Origin: Elusimicrobiota bacterium
Lineage (GTDB): Bacteria; Elusimicrobiota; Elusimicrobia; UBA1565; JACRDR01
Reading direction: 5' to 3'
DNA: 64,000 nucleotides
NCBI GenBank assembly: GCA_041694815.1
Contig: JBGFSC010000007.1
Span: forward strand, 32,001 to 96,000
In this document: one piece after another, positions 29,517 to 36,679 of the stretch
Layout of the letters: each line of letters begins with the position of its first letter
How positions within the stretch are numbered: the first letter of the stretch is position 1
Notes under the pieces: generated by a model
Databases searched by the model: none
Seen by the model: the letters and a program-made list of their open reading frames with translations, nothing else
What the model was told of the DNA's origin: nothing
Position numbers and translations under genes: made by a program

Positions 29517-30237
29517 AGACCCGGACCGTGATCAAGGAGCCTGCACCGTCGTCGAAATCGGGAAGATGGGCCAACAGGTTGTGCTCCCTGGTCGTCTTTC
29601 CTTGGGGCGGGCTTTCCAGACTTCCTTGCAGTACTCGAAATAATGCACTGGTCCTGAACAAGAAAAGTCCGCAGTCGTTTTCGCCACGTTCCGGAATCTG
29701 CTCCGATTCCCGCGTTTGCAATACGCGAATGATTCTCCGGGAGGAATCGCGTACGAGATGCACATAGGGGCGATCGCGTAAGACCGCGGGGATCGCCGCA
29801 TTCGCCGAAGCGTTTGCCTCCAGCAGGGTCATGCATGCCGCCACCGTCCGCGGACGAGGAGTGATCTGGTCTCCCCAAAGCACGAGTGTATAGGGAGTCC
29901 GCACCACCTCTCTGCAGAGCGTCACCGCTGGCGCGGTACCGGAGGGGTGATCCTGCACCAATATCCGTGTTCGCCCCCGCATCTCTGCGCTTAACGCGGC
30001 CCTCAAAGGAGAGGTCGCCTCCGGAGAAACTACGAAAACCAAGCGGCTGCAGATGGGCTCCAGGAGATCGATGATCCAGTGTAGAATCGGCCTCCCTAAT
30101 ACCGGATATAGAATCTTGGGACCGCGCGTCCCTAGGCGGGTCCCATTTCCTGCCGCCGGTACAATAGCGGTCCATTGAAGTGCTAATTCGGGTCCGCGCG
30201 CTTGGGGCACGCCATCAATATCATAGACTCGGCGCAT
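29371..30237 (-). CDS. Sugar-phosphate nucleotidyltransferase (GlmU N-terminal-like)
   Basis: VPAAGNGTRLG...PKILYPV, Q..PSGTA, LWGDQ, GENDCGLFLF, GINT. Confidence 0.85.
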   Translation of the reverse strand: MRRVYDIDGVPQARGPELALQWTAIVPAAGNGTRLGTRGPKILYPVLGRPILHWIIDLLEPICSRLVFVVSPEATSPLRAALSAEMRGRTRILVQDHPSGTAPAVTLCREVVRTPYTLVLWGDQITPRPRTVAACMTLLEANASANAAIPAVLRDRPYVHLVRDSSRRIIRVLQTRESEQIPERGENDCGLFLFRTSALFRVLQGSLESPPQGKTTREHNLLAHLPDFDDGAGSLITVRVYDPIETVGINTAQDAESVARALRRRTKQAVQTGLGRHVQRRNWNGLDY

Positions 30238-30297
30238 GCGGCACGTCTTCCACCATCATCCGTTACAAAGTATAGCATACGGGGCTGCCGACGCCTC

Positions 30298-31263
30298 TCA
30301 CCGATCGACACCCGCCGCCTTCAGGCGGCGGATAATGAGGGTTCCCGCGAAGCGGTTGCCAGCGCTGTTCCAGTGGTCGTCGTTAGCGATATAGAATTCC
30401 CTCGCGCTCGATTTCCGGAACTCTGGCAGAAGATCGTAGCAATCCAGTCCGTTTGTCCGACAGAATTTTAAGAAAAGATCCTGGGCGATGCTTTCCTTCA
30501 ATATCTTCGGCCCAAGATGATAGCCTAGACCCGACAAGAAGGGATGGTGCGAACGGTTGACCTGCGCAGTCGCGGGGAAGATATGGACCAGCAGTCGGAC
30601 GTTTCTTTCTTTACACCAGTCGCTGATCCGCAGGATGATCTTCTGGTTTTTTTCCCATGCCGCACGCGACTCATGATCGTTTAGGGCGACATTATTCATG
30701 ATCCATTCCGGCCTGGCGCCGCCCAGCCCCAAAAAGGGATTGGCCGCATGACGGACTTCTGGATGCTCCCTTAATACTCGCTCTTTCGCGTCGGCCAACC
30801 ACCTTCTCTCGCGCCACGCGCGATAGCGCTCCCGAAAGACGCCGGTGATAAAAAGCCTCGTCCCGCCCTCCTCACCCATGGCCGCCTCGAATTCGGCCGG
30901 CATCGTCCGATAACGAGTATCGGTCAAATCGGTGGCAACGGCATAATTCAACAAGACCGTCTGCGGAGCGAAAAGATCTCCGTAGAGGCGCAGCACTTTC
31001 AAATAGTCGACCGGCCGCATGCCACCTTTGGCCAGGTTCAACATAGCGACACCTTGCGCCGAAAAATAGTCTTCCAATAAACGATTGAGCTCGCCCTGGT
31101 CGTTGATGAAGGAGTCGCCCAAAACGAGCACCCGCCTCGGTTGCTTCCGCAAAATGGACGCCCGATAAAAACCACTGGAAACCAGACCCAAACGGCAGCA
31201 CAATTCGGTGATACCGATCGCTACGGCTAATGAAATAAAAACTAGGAGGACTACTTTTTTCAC
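30298..31263 (-). CDS. SGNH/GDSL hydrolase-fold protein (AlgX/AlgJ-like), N-terminal membrane anchor
   Basis: Likely GTG start VKKVVLLVFISLAVAIGITE; VLGDSF block I; DDHWNSAGN (DxH). Confidence 0.8.
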   Translation of the reverse strand: MKKVVLLVFISLAVAIGITELCCRLGLVSSGFYRASILRKQPRRVLVLGDSFINDQGELNRLLEDYFSAQGVAMLNLAKGGMRPVDYLKVLRLYGDLFAPQTVLLNYAVATDLTDTRYRTMPAEFEAAMGEEGGTRLFITGVFRERYRAWRERRWLADAKERVLREHPEVRHAANPFLGLGGARPEWIMNNVALNDHESRAAWEKNQKIILRISDWCKERNVRLLVHIFPATAQVNRSHHPFLSGLGYHLGPKILKESIAQDLFLKFCRTNGLDCYDLLPEFRKSSAREFYIANDDHWNSAGNRFAGTLIIRRLKAAGVDR

Positions 31264-31300
31264 GAAGGAACCTCGGCGCACCGCGAAAACGCTAGGGTCA

Positions 31301-31333
31301 GGCAGTCCTTGAACCTGCGACCACCCAGTTACG
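31301..31333 (-). repeat. Degenerate copy of the 3' half of the tRNA(CAU) (att-like or pseudo-tRNA remnant)
   Basis: ggcagtccttgaacctgcgaccacccagttacg vs 32791-32823 ggcaggacttgaacctgcgaccaccccgttatg; 29/33 identical, direct orientation. Confidence 0.8.
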
Positions 31334-31360
31334 ACCGAGCCTGGCCCGATTAGACTGATT

Positions 31361-31876
31361 TTACAAATAAATATTAGGCATATCGTCAACGGCCCGCCGC
31401 GCTCGCAGCTGGTTATGCCCGCGGCAGAGAAGGCGGATGTTGCCGGCGTGCCGGGAGGTGCCGCCGAGGGCCCAGGGGATGATGTGGTCGAATTCAAGGC
31501 CTTCGCGCTCGGGGCAGCGGCTGCCGTCGGCCAAGACCTGGACGCATCTGGCGCCGTCACGCAGCCACACCTCGTCCTTGACCCTCTGCGGGATGCGGCG
31601 GCTCGGCTCGGCGAGGGCCCGCTCGACGGGAATGCGCTCCAGGGCTTTTTCCTGCATCGCCCGGCGTTCGGGGTCCCTCTTGGCGAGGAAGAGCTCGAGC
31701 AGCTCGTCCATGAGATCCTCGAAGCCTAGGCGGTAAAATTTGTGCCCGAGAAGCTCTTGGACCCTTCTTAGCTTTTGCAGTAGCCGGGCGTCCGCCGTGA
31801 AACCGAAGCATACGCGCTCGGGCCACAGGGGGCCGACCTCATTTCGTTGGAGGGCCGTTCTTCCGGGCATCCCCAT
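31361..31876 (-). CDS. HNH endonuclease domain protein (possibly N-terminally truncated)
   Basis: RRIPQRVKDEVWLRDGARC...C...EFDHIIPWALGG...NIRLLCRGHN. Confidence 0.85.
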   Translation of the reverse strand: MGMPGRTALQRNEVGPLWPERVCFGFTADARLLQKLRRVQELLGHKFYRLGFEDLMDELLELFLAKRDPERRAMQEKALERIPVERALAEPSRRIPQRVKDEVWLRDGARCVQVLADGSRCPEREGLEFDHIIPWALGGTSRHAGNIRLLCRGHNQLRARRAVDDMPNIYL

Positions 31877-31905
31877 TAATACGAATGAACGCCGAAAAAG
31901 TTCCG
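31814..31905 (+). repeat. ~92-bp imperfect direct repeat, copy 1
   Basis: gggccacagggggcc..atttcgttggagggccgttcttccgggca..attaatacgaa..aaaaagttccg; recurs at 32679-32770. Confidence 0.9.
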
Positions 31906-31906
31906 C

Positions 31907-32464
31907 TCATCGGTCGGGTATCGGGTCGTCCAGGACATAAATTGCCCCTGGAAAGGCATGCCGGCTATGATTGCAGACCTGCGCGATCTGCTTGTCCTTC
32001 GTTACGATCAGGACATTGTCTTTTCCGTGAATGTTCGCTAAATCCCGGCCCATGGCGATGACGAGCGCGTCGAGGCCGCTCAGGAAACCGTGCTTCTCAT
32101 TGCCGAAGCGAGCATACTCTAGTTCGAAGACGTCCTCGACGTCGACCAAATGAGGGCGCGTGAGTTCATAGGAGCGGATCAAGCCTTTGTTGGCCCTGGA
32201 GACTACGTTAAGCAGCGCGCCGACATAGCTCCTGTAGATCGAGGTCGCTCTTACATGATCCTTGGTCCCTCGGTAGGCGACCTTAGCGAAGACCTTGGAA
32301 CACTCAGCCATGCAGAAGTTCGGCACGTAGAGATTGGCCCGCCTTTGGCCTCCAAGTTCGAGCAACTTGAGCACGGCCAGTCGCACCCGCAAGGTGAGAC
32401 CAGGGTCTTTTACAGGAATAAAGGCCGGCACCAATGCCGACGCGTCAATCAAGAAATGACGCAC
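31907..32464 (-). CDS. PIN-domain protein (VapC-like toxin)
   Basis: FLIDASALV (Asp1), CMAEC, LSGLDALVIA, IVTKDKQ. Confidence 0.8.
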   Translation of the reverse strand: MRHFLIDASALVPAFIPVKDPGLTLRVRLAVLKLLELGGQRRANLYVPNFCMAECSKVFAKVAYRGTKDHVRATSIYRSYVGALLNVVSRANKGLIRSYELTRPHLVDVEDVFELEYARFGNEKHGFLSGLDALVIAMGRDLANIHGKDNVLIVTKDKQIAQVCNHSRHAFPGAIYVLDDPIPDR

Positions 32465-32470
32465 CGCGAC

Positions 32471-32626
32471 CTACTTCAGGGCTTCTTTCAGTTCGCGGGA
32501 GGTAAGAGGTTTCTCGCTGAGAGGCGGAAGGGAATCGATAGTCTCGACCACCTTTTTAACACGGGGGCTGAGTTTCTTCCAGCCCTTCTCCCCGTGCTCT
32601 TCTTTGTAGATTTGCTTTAGGGTCAT
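32471..32626 (-). CDS. Small 51-aa protein, putative antitoxin of the PIN toxin
   Basis: Hand translation MTLKQIYKEEHGEKGWKKLSPRVKKVVETIDSLPPLSEKPLTSRELKEALK*; GGAGG RBS; 6 nt upstream of the PIN gene. Confidence 0.65.
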   Translation of the reverse strand: MTLKQIYKEEHGEKGWKKLSPRVKKVVETIDSLPPLSEKPLTSRELKEALK

Positions 32627-32678
32627 CCCGCCTCCCCTCAAGTATGAGCTATTTTACCAAAAATGCAAGAGGGCCCTG

Positions 32679-32770
32679 GCGCTTGGGCCACAGGGGGCCA
32701 ACATCATTTCGTTGGAGGGCCGTTCTTCCGGGCACCCCTATTAATACGAACTAGGGCGAAAAAAGTTCCG
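32679..32770 (+). repeat. ~92-bp imperfect direct repeat, copy 2
   Basis: Matches 31814-31905; ends 13 nt from the tRNA 3' end. Confidence 0.9.
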
Positions 32771-32783
32771 TGAAAAAACGAGC

Positions 32784-33113
32784 TGCGCCGGGCAGGACTT
32801 GAACCTGCGACCACCCCGTTATGCCTCTCACTCCGGGCTTTCCCCGGCCGCAGCGCGTTGTGAGCTGGACTATGTCATGTCCCGCGAGGGGACCCGGGCG
32901 TATAGTCTCTGAACCTTTCCGCTGTGTCAGCGGACTTGGCTGCCGATCGTCCAATCCCAGGATTTTTTGGCCGTCGCGCCTGCCGTCGCCGGCTACGCTG
33001 TGGCGTCCTGGGCTCTCAGGAGATCCCGGCAATTTGCCCGGTTATCCACTGCCGATTGCTCGGCAAGGAGCCCAACTTGAGCGGGGCGCTCTAACCCACT
33101 GAGCTACCGGCGC
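32784..33113 (-). tRNA. tRNA with CAU anticodon (probably Ile2), intron-containing; exons 33080-33113 and 32784-32823
   Basis: Spliced sequence GCGCCGG TA GCTC AGTGGGTTA GAGC G CCCCG CT^CATAA CGGGG TGGTC GCAGG TTCAAGT CCTGC CCGGCGC A folds as a full cloverleaf; C4-G69/C5-G68 pairs; CCA not encoded. Confidence 0.92.
32824..33079 (-). ncRNA. Group I self-splicing intron, 256 nt, no ORF
   Basis: Core motifs P (AAATTGCCGGGA), Q (GATCGGCAGC), R (GTTCAGAGACTATA), S (ATGACATAGTCC); 5' exon ends in U able to form a U.G pair in P1 (GCUCA/UGGGC); terminal omega-G. Confidence 0.92.
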
Positions 33114-33290
33114 ATCAAAAGTATTCTACTACTTCCAGCCTTTTAAATGGCAAAGACGGCAACCACGACCTTTGCTTCGATTACTGATATTCGCATAAGT
33201 AATAGATCATTTAAGGCAGGCCTCGGAAGCTTGGTGCCCATGATAGATACCCACTCTGCCGTGACGCTCATGCTGGCGACCGGATAAGCT

Positions 33291-33701
33291 CTAAATAGGA
33301 TAGCTGCAATTTAAACTTGAGCGAAACAGCTGCTTTGAAAATCGCTTCGCCAACGATCGGACAAATTCGGCTTCCCGTCCCTGTGGAACGCCCACGATAA
33401 CCATAACATGAAAGACTTCTTTGGTGCCAGGGTTCCGGAGCTGCGCGGCATGATTGAAGTCGATAATGCCCTTAAAGGATATTTCAGGAACAGAAGCGAC
33501 AAGAGATATGGCATTAGCTTTAGTCGCCTCGGTATCTGCTGGGGTACTGCCAACCAGCGAGGGACCTTTAAAAGTCAAAACTACGATGCCAGGAGTGAAC
33601 TCTTTGCATCCCAGGTCCAAGGTCGGCCCCTGTTCCTGTGAAAAAGCAGCCGAAGCAAACAACGCGACCACTAAGAATGCGCCGTAATTTATCTGAACCA
33701 T
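33291..33701 (-). CDS. Hypothetical secreted protein
   Basis: Signal peptide-like N-terminus (AFLVVALFASAAFS-Q), GGAGAGG RBS. Confidence 0.6.
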   Translation of the reverse strand: MVQINYGAFLVVALFASAAFSQEQGPTLDLGCKEFTPGIVVLTFKGPSLVGSTPADTEATKANAISLVASVPEISFKGIIDFNHAAQLRNPGTKEVFHVMVIVGVPQGREAEFVRSLAKRFSKQLFRSSLNCSYPI

Positions 33702-34268
33702 TTCCTCTCCGTGTAAGTCTCACAGCCTGCAGGAGTAGTATTAACTCTATTAGGCAATTACCACATGGGCCGCAAGGCCTAATTCTTGCAAGTCTTTGGG
33801 CCCAGATGCACGGACCCAGAGGGCCTAGTGATCCGCCCAGATTTAACTTGGAAGTGCAACCGGCGAGAGCGGATGCCGCGATGACGTCGGCCGCGCTGGA
33901 GCGCAGGAATATCCATCGATCACTGCGCCTGCTTGGCGAGAAAGTCGGAATTGCCTCTAATTGACCTGCTCGAGCGCTCTCCTAATAATAGGATACCGAG
34001 CAGGTAGGCTTGGACTGGGTCAGCGACCCTCGAAACGGCGAGCCGCTTCCAGGAAAGCGGCGAAGCTCGCCTGGAACAGCTCCTCGCCGTCGGCCTTGGA
34101 CAGACCCGGCCCGAGATCGTCTCCGTTCGTTTTCCTTGAAGATTTCTTACAATATAGGTATCGATCGACATGAAGGCTAGATTCTGGATTGTAACACTTG
34201 CAGGCCGCGGCCGGCAGTGTAATGTTCGGCGCCTCCCGCGCACTCATCCGCGAGGGAGGAAAAAGACC

Positions 34269-35285
34269 ATGCCGAGAACAATACGCTGGGGGATGGCATT
34301 GGCGCTAGTATTCACGGCCGTTCTGCTAGGGGTTCATTGGATGGAGGCTTCGATGAAGACAGAAAAGACGAGCAAGGAAGAGCTGCGTAATCGCCTCACT
34401 CCCGAGCAGTACCGAGTCACGCAGGAAGACGGCACGGAGCCGCCGTTTAAGAACGCCTACTGGGACAATCACGAGGAAGGCCTCTACGTTGACGTAGTCT
34501 CGGGGGAGCCGTTGTTTAGCTCCAAGGACAAGTTCGACTCCGGCACCGGCTGGCCGAGCTTCACGCGCCCCGTTGAAGAGGGCGGCACGGTGCTCAAGAC
34601 CGACCGCACGCTCTGGATGACGCGCACCGAGGTCCGCTCGAGGAAGGCCGACTCGCATCTGGGCCATGTCTTCGATGACGGCCCGGCCCCTACCGGCAAG
34701 CGCTACTGCATCAATTCTGCGGCGTTGCGCTTTATCCCCGCCTCTAGGCTCGAGGCCGAGGGCTACGGGCGCTACTCCAAGCTCTTCGAGCGCAAGGCCG
34801 CCTCCGCCCAGACCCAGAAGGCGGTCTTCGCCGCCGGCTGCTTCTGGGGCGTGGAGGACGCCTTCAGCAAGGTGCCCGGGGTGCTGCGCACCCGCGTGGG
34901 CTACACCGGCGGGACGGTGAAGGACCCAAGCTATGAGATGGTCTGCTCGGGCAAGACCGGGCACGCGGAGGCCGTCGAGGTGGAGTTCGACCCCGCCCAG
35001 GTTTCCTATAACCGCCTCGTCGAGGTGTTTTGGAAGATCCACGATCCCACCACGCCCAACCGCCAGGGCCCCGACGTGGGCCACCAGTACCGCTCGGCCA
35101 TCTTCACGCGCGGCCCCGAGCAGCACAAGGAGGCCCTGGCCTCCCGCGAGCTCTTGGCCCGCTCGGGCAAGCTGCGCCGCGAGATCGTCACCGAGATCGC
35201 CCCGGCCTCGGAGTTCTATCCGGCCGAGGACTATCACCAGCAGTACTACAAGAAGCGCGGCGGCAAGTCCTGCCGTATATTCTAA
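34269..35285 (+). CDS. msrAB: Bifunctional methionine sulfoxide reductase, MsrB-MsrA order, with N-terminal signal/anchor
   Basis: Msr[34 protein letters not shown]. Msr[29 protein letters not shown]. Start after GAGGGAGG. Confidence 0.95.
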   Translation: MPRTIRWGMALALVFTAVLLGVHWMEASMKTEKTSKEELRNRLTPEQYRVTQEDGTEPPFKNAYWDNHEEGLYVDVVSGEPLFSSKDKFDSGTGWPSFTRPVEEGGTVLKTDRTLWMTRTEVRSRKADSHLGHVFDDGPAPTGKRYCINSAALRFIPASRLEAEGYGRYSKLFERKAASAQTQKAVFAAGCFWGVEDAFSKVPGVLRTRVGYTGGTVKDPSYEMVCSGKTGHAEAVEVEFDPAQVSYNRLVEVFWKIHDPTTPNRQGPDVGHQYRSAIFTRGPEQHKEALASRELLARSGKLRREIVTEIAPASEFYPAEDYHQQYYKKRGGKSCRIF

Positions 35286-35306
35286 GCTGACGCCGCTAAT
35301 TCTCAC

Positions 35307-35354
35307 GGTGCCAGGGATTGACTTTCGCCTAGGCGAAAGTCAATCCCTGGCACC
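35307..35354. repeat. Perfect 48-bp palindrome (REP-like or terminator hairpin)
   Basis: ggtgccagggattgactttcgcct|aggcgaaagtcaatccctggcacc is its own reverse complement. Confidence 0.9.
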
Positions 35355-35380
35355 ATCATTACGGGAGTGATGACATCGCA

Positions 35381-35410
35381 TTGACAATTCCGTGCATATA
35401 GTGCTACGTT
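35381..35410 (+). promoter_or_regulatory. Possible sigma70 promoter
   Basis: TTGACA, 18 nt spacer, TACGTT with a TG extension, upstream of ATG 35429. Confidence 0.45.
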
Positions 35411-35428
35411 TCTTAAATCCATTTTGTC

Positions 35429-36679
35429 ATGCGCCAGTTCGCTCTACTACTTCTGTTGCTGCTCCTGGCCCCCGACGCGCGGGCGACCTGGAGCTTTTTA
35501 GGCGACGCCAACCTCTTCCTCGGCCAATATTATTTCGACCGCAGCGCCGGCTCGCTCAACGGCTTTACCGACCTGAATTTCCAGCAGTCCAAGAGCTTCT
35601 CGCCCTCCTCGGGATTCTTCATCAGCGAGCGCTCGATCTACTCGGGGTTCAAGCAGGTCAACGAGCTGGCCGGAGGCGGCACGCTGTTCCAGCAGAGCCT
35701 CGACAACTCCATCGGCGTCAAGTATATCCATCGCTTCGAGGGCGGCTATAGCCTAAAGCCCCGCATCGGGGTGCGCAACCAGCTTTTCCGAGAAACCGTT
35801 GACGAGGATTGGACCAAGGGACTCTACGATTTCTGGCGCTACGAGACCGGCATCACCTGGGAACGAAAGACCCGGCTAGGCTTGTCGATCCCTTGGACCT
35901 ACCAGCTCTCCTACGACGCCTACTACACCAATTACACGCACTTTAAATCCCTCGCCGCGCAGGCCGCCCAGCTGGGCGCCGCCCTCGGTGTGGCTCCCAA
36001 TCCGGGCAAGAAGACGCTCGACACCGTAACCAACCAAATCACCTACCGCAGCGATTTCGACCTTCCCGGATTCACGACGCTCTACGGCATGTACTCGCTG
36101 GCCTGGGTCACCTTCGTCGACCAGAACATCGTCAACCGTCAGGGGCAGTATCTCGATTCCAAGCGCGCCGATACCTTCCAGACCCTGGCCATGGGCGTAT
36201 CCAAGCGCCTGTCGGACTTCAACGGGATATGGCGCTGGGACCTGGGCGGCATACGCCCCGTGCCGAGCCTGGGCGTGTCGGTTTCCAACCTGGACTCCAA
36301 CCAGAACAATTTCGACACCGACCCGACCCGCCTGAAATATATCGGCGGGTTCTTCAACTACTGGGAGACCCACTTCACCCCAGGCATCGACCTGACCTCG
36401 CTCAAGACCCAGTTCAATCTGCGCATGGTCTACGATCTCGGCTATCGAACGTTCTCAGGCCGCCTGTCGCAGGAGGCCAGCGGCGCCTACCGCAGCGACA
36501 AGCTCTACCAGTTGACCCACAGCGTGTTCATCGAGGCCACCTATCCGATTTGGGGAGGCCTGGCCTTCAAACTCCGCGGCCTGTGGGCCGACTCCAACGC
36601 CAACACCGACTTCGAGCGGACGTACCGCTACAATTTCGTAAGCTACAACTATTTCGCGGGGGTGGCATGGAGAATATAA
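35429..36679 (+). CDS. Probable outer-membrane beta-barrel protein
   Basis: Signal peptide; alternating aromatic beta-strands; C-terminal YNYFAGVAWRI beta-signal-like. Confidence 0.7.
   Translation: MRQFALLLLLLLLAPDARATWSFLGDANLFLGQYYFDRSAGSLNGFTDLNFQQSKSFSPSSGFFISERSIYSGFKQVNELAGGGTLFQQSLDNSIGVKYIHRFEGGYSLKPRIGVRNQLFRETVDEDWTKGLYDFWRYETGITWERKTRLGLSIPWTYQLSYDAYYTNYTHFKSLAAQAAQLGAALGVAPNPGKKTLDTVTNQITYRSDFDLPGFTTLYGMYSLAWVTFVDQNIVNRQGQYLDSKRADTFQTLAMGVSKRLSDFNGIWRWDLGGIRPVPSLGVSVSNLDSNQNNFDTDPTRLKYIGGFFNYWETHFTPGIDLTSLKTQFNLRMVYDLGYRTFSGRLSQEASGAYRSDKLYQLTHSVFIEATYPIWGGLAFKLRGLWADSNANTDFERTYRYNFVSYNYFAGVAWRI

Noticed and set aside
32784..33113. Initiator tRNA-fMet
   Set aside because: The 1-72 pair is G-C and the anticodon stem lacks three consecutive G-C pairs; elongator Met cannot be fully excluded.
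33702..34260. Short ORFs between the tRNA islet and msrBA
   Set aside because: Mutually overlapping with no recognisable motif; possibly gene debris but unsupported.
34326..35306. Long antisense/shadow ORFs (e.g. this one, 42690-43877, 45476-46372, 39428-42497 + strand)
   Set aside because: These are expected in high-GC DNA opposite or overlapping real genes and have no motifs.
36229..36666. N-terminal extensions in the ORF track (also 10546-10974, 31264-31560, 48439-48720, 50892-51602, 57136-57453)
   Set aside because: They overlap well-supported neighbouring genes; recognisable domains begin at downstream starts.
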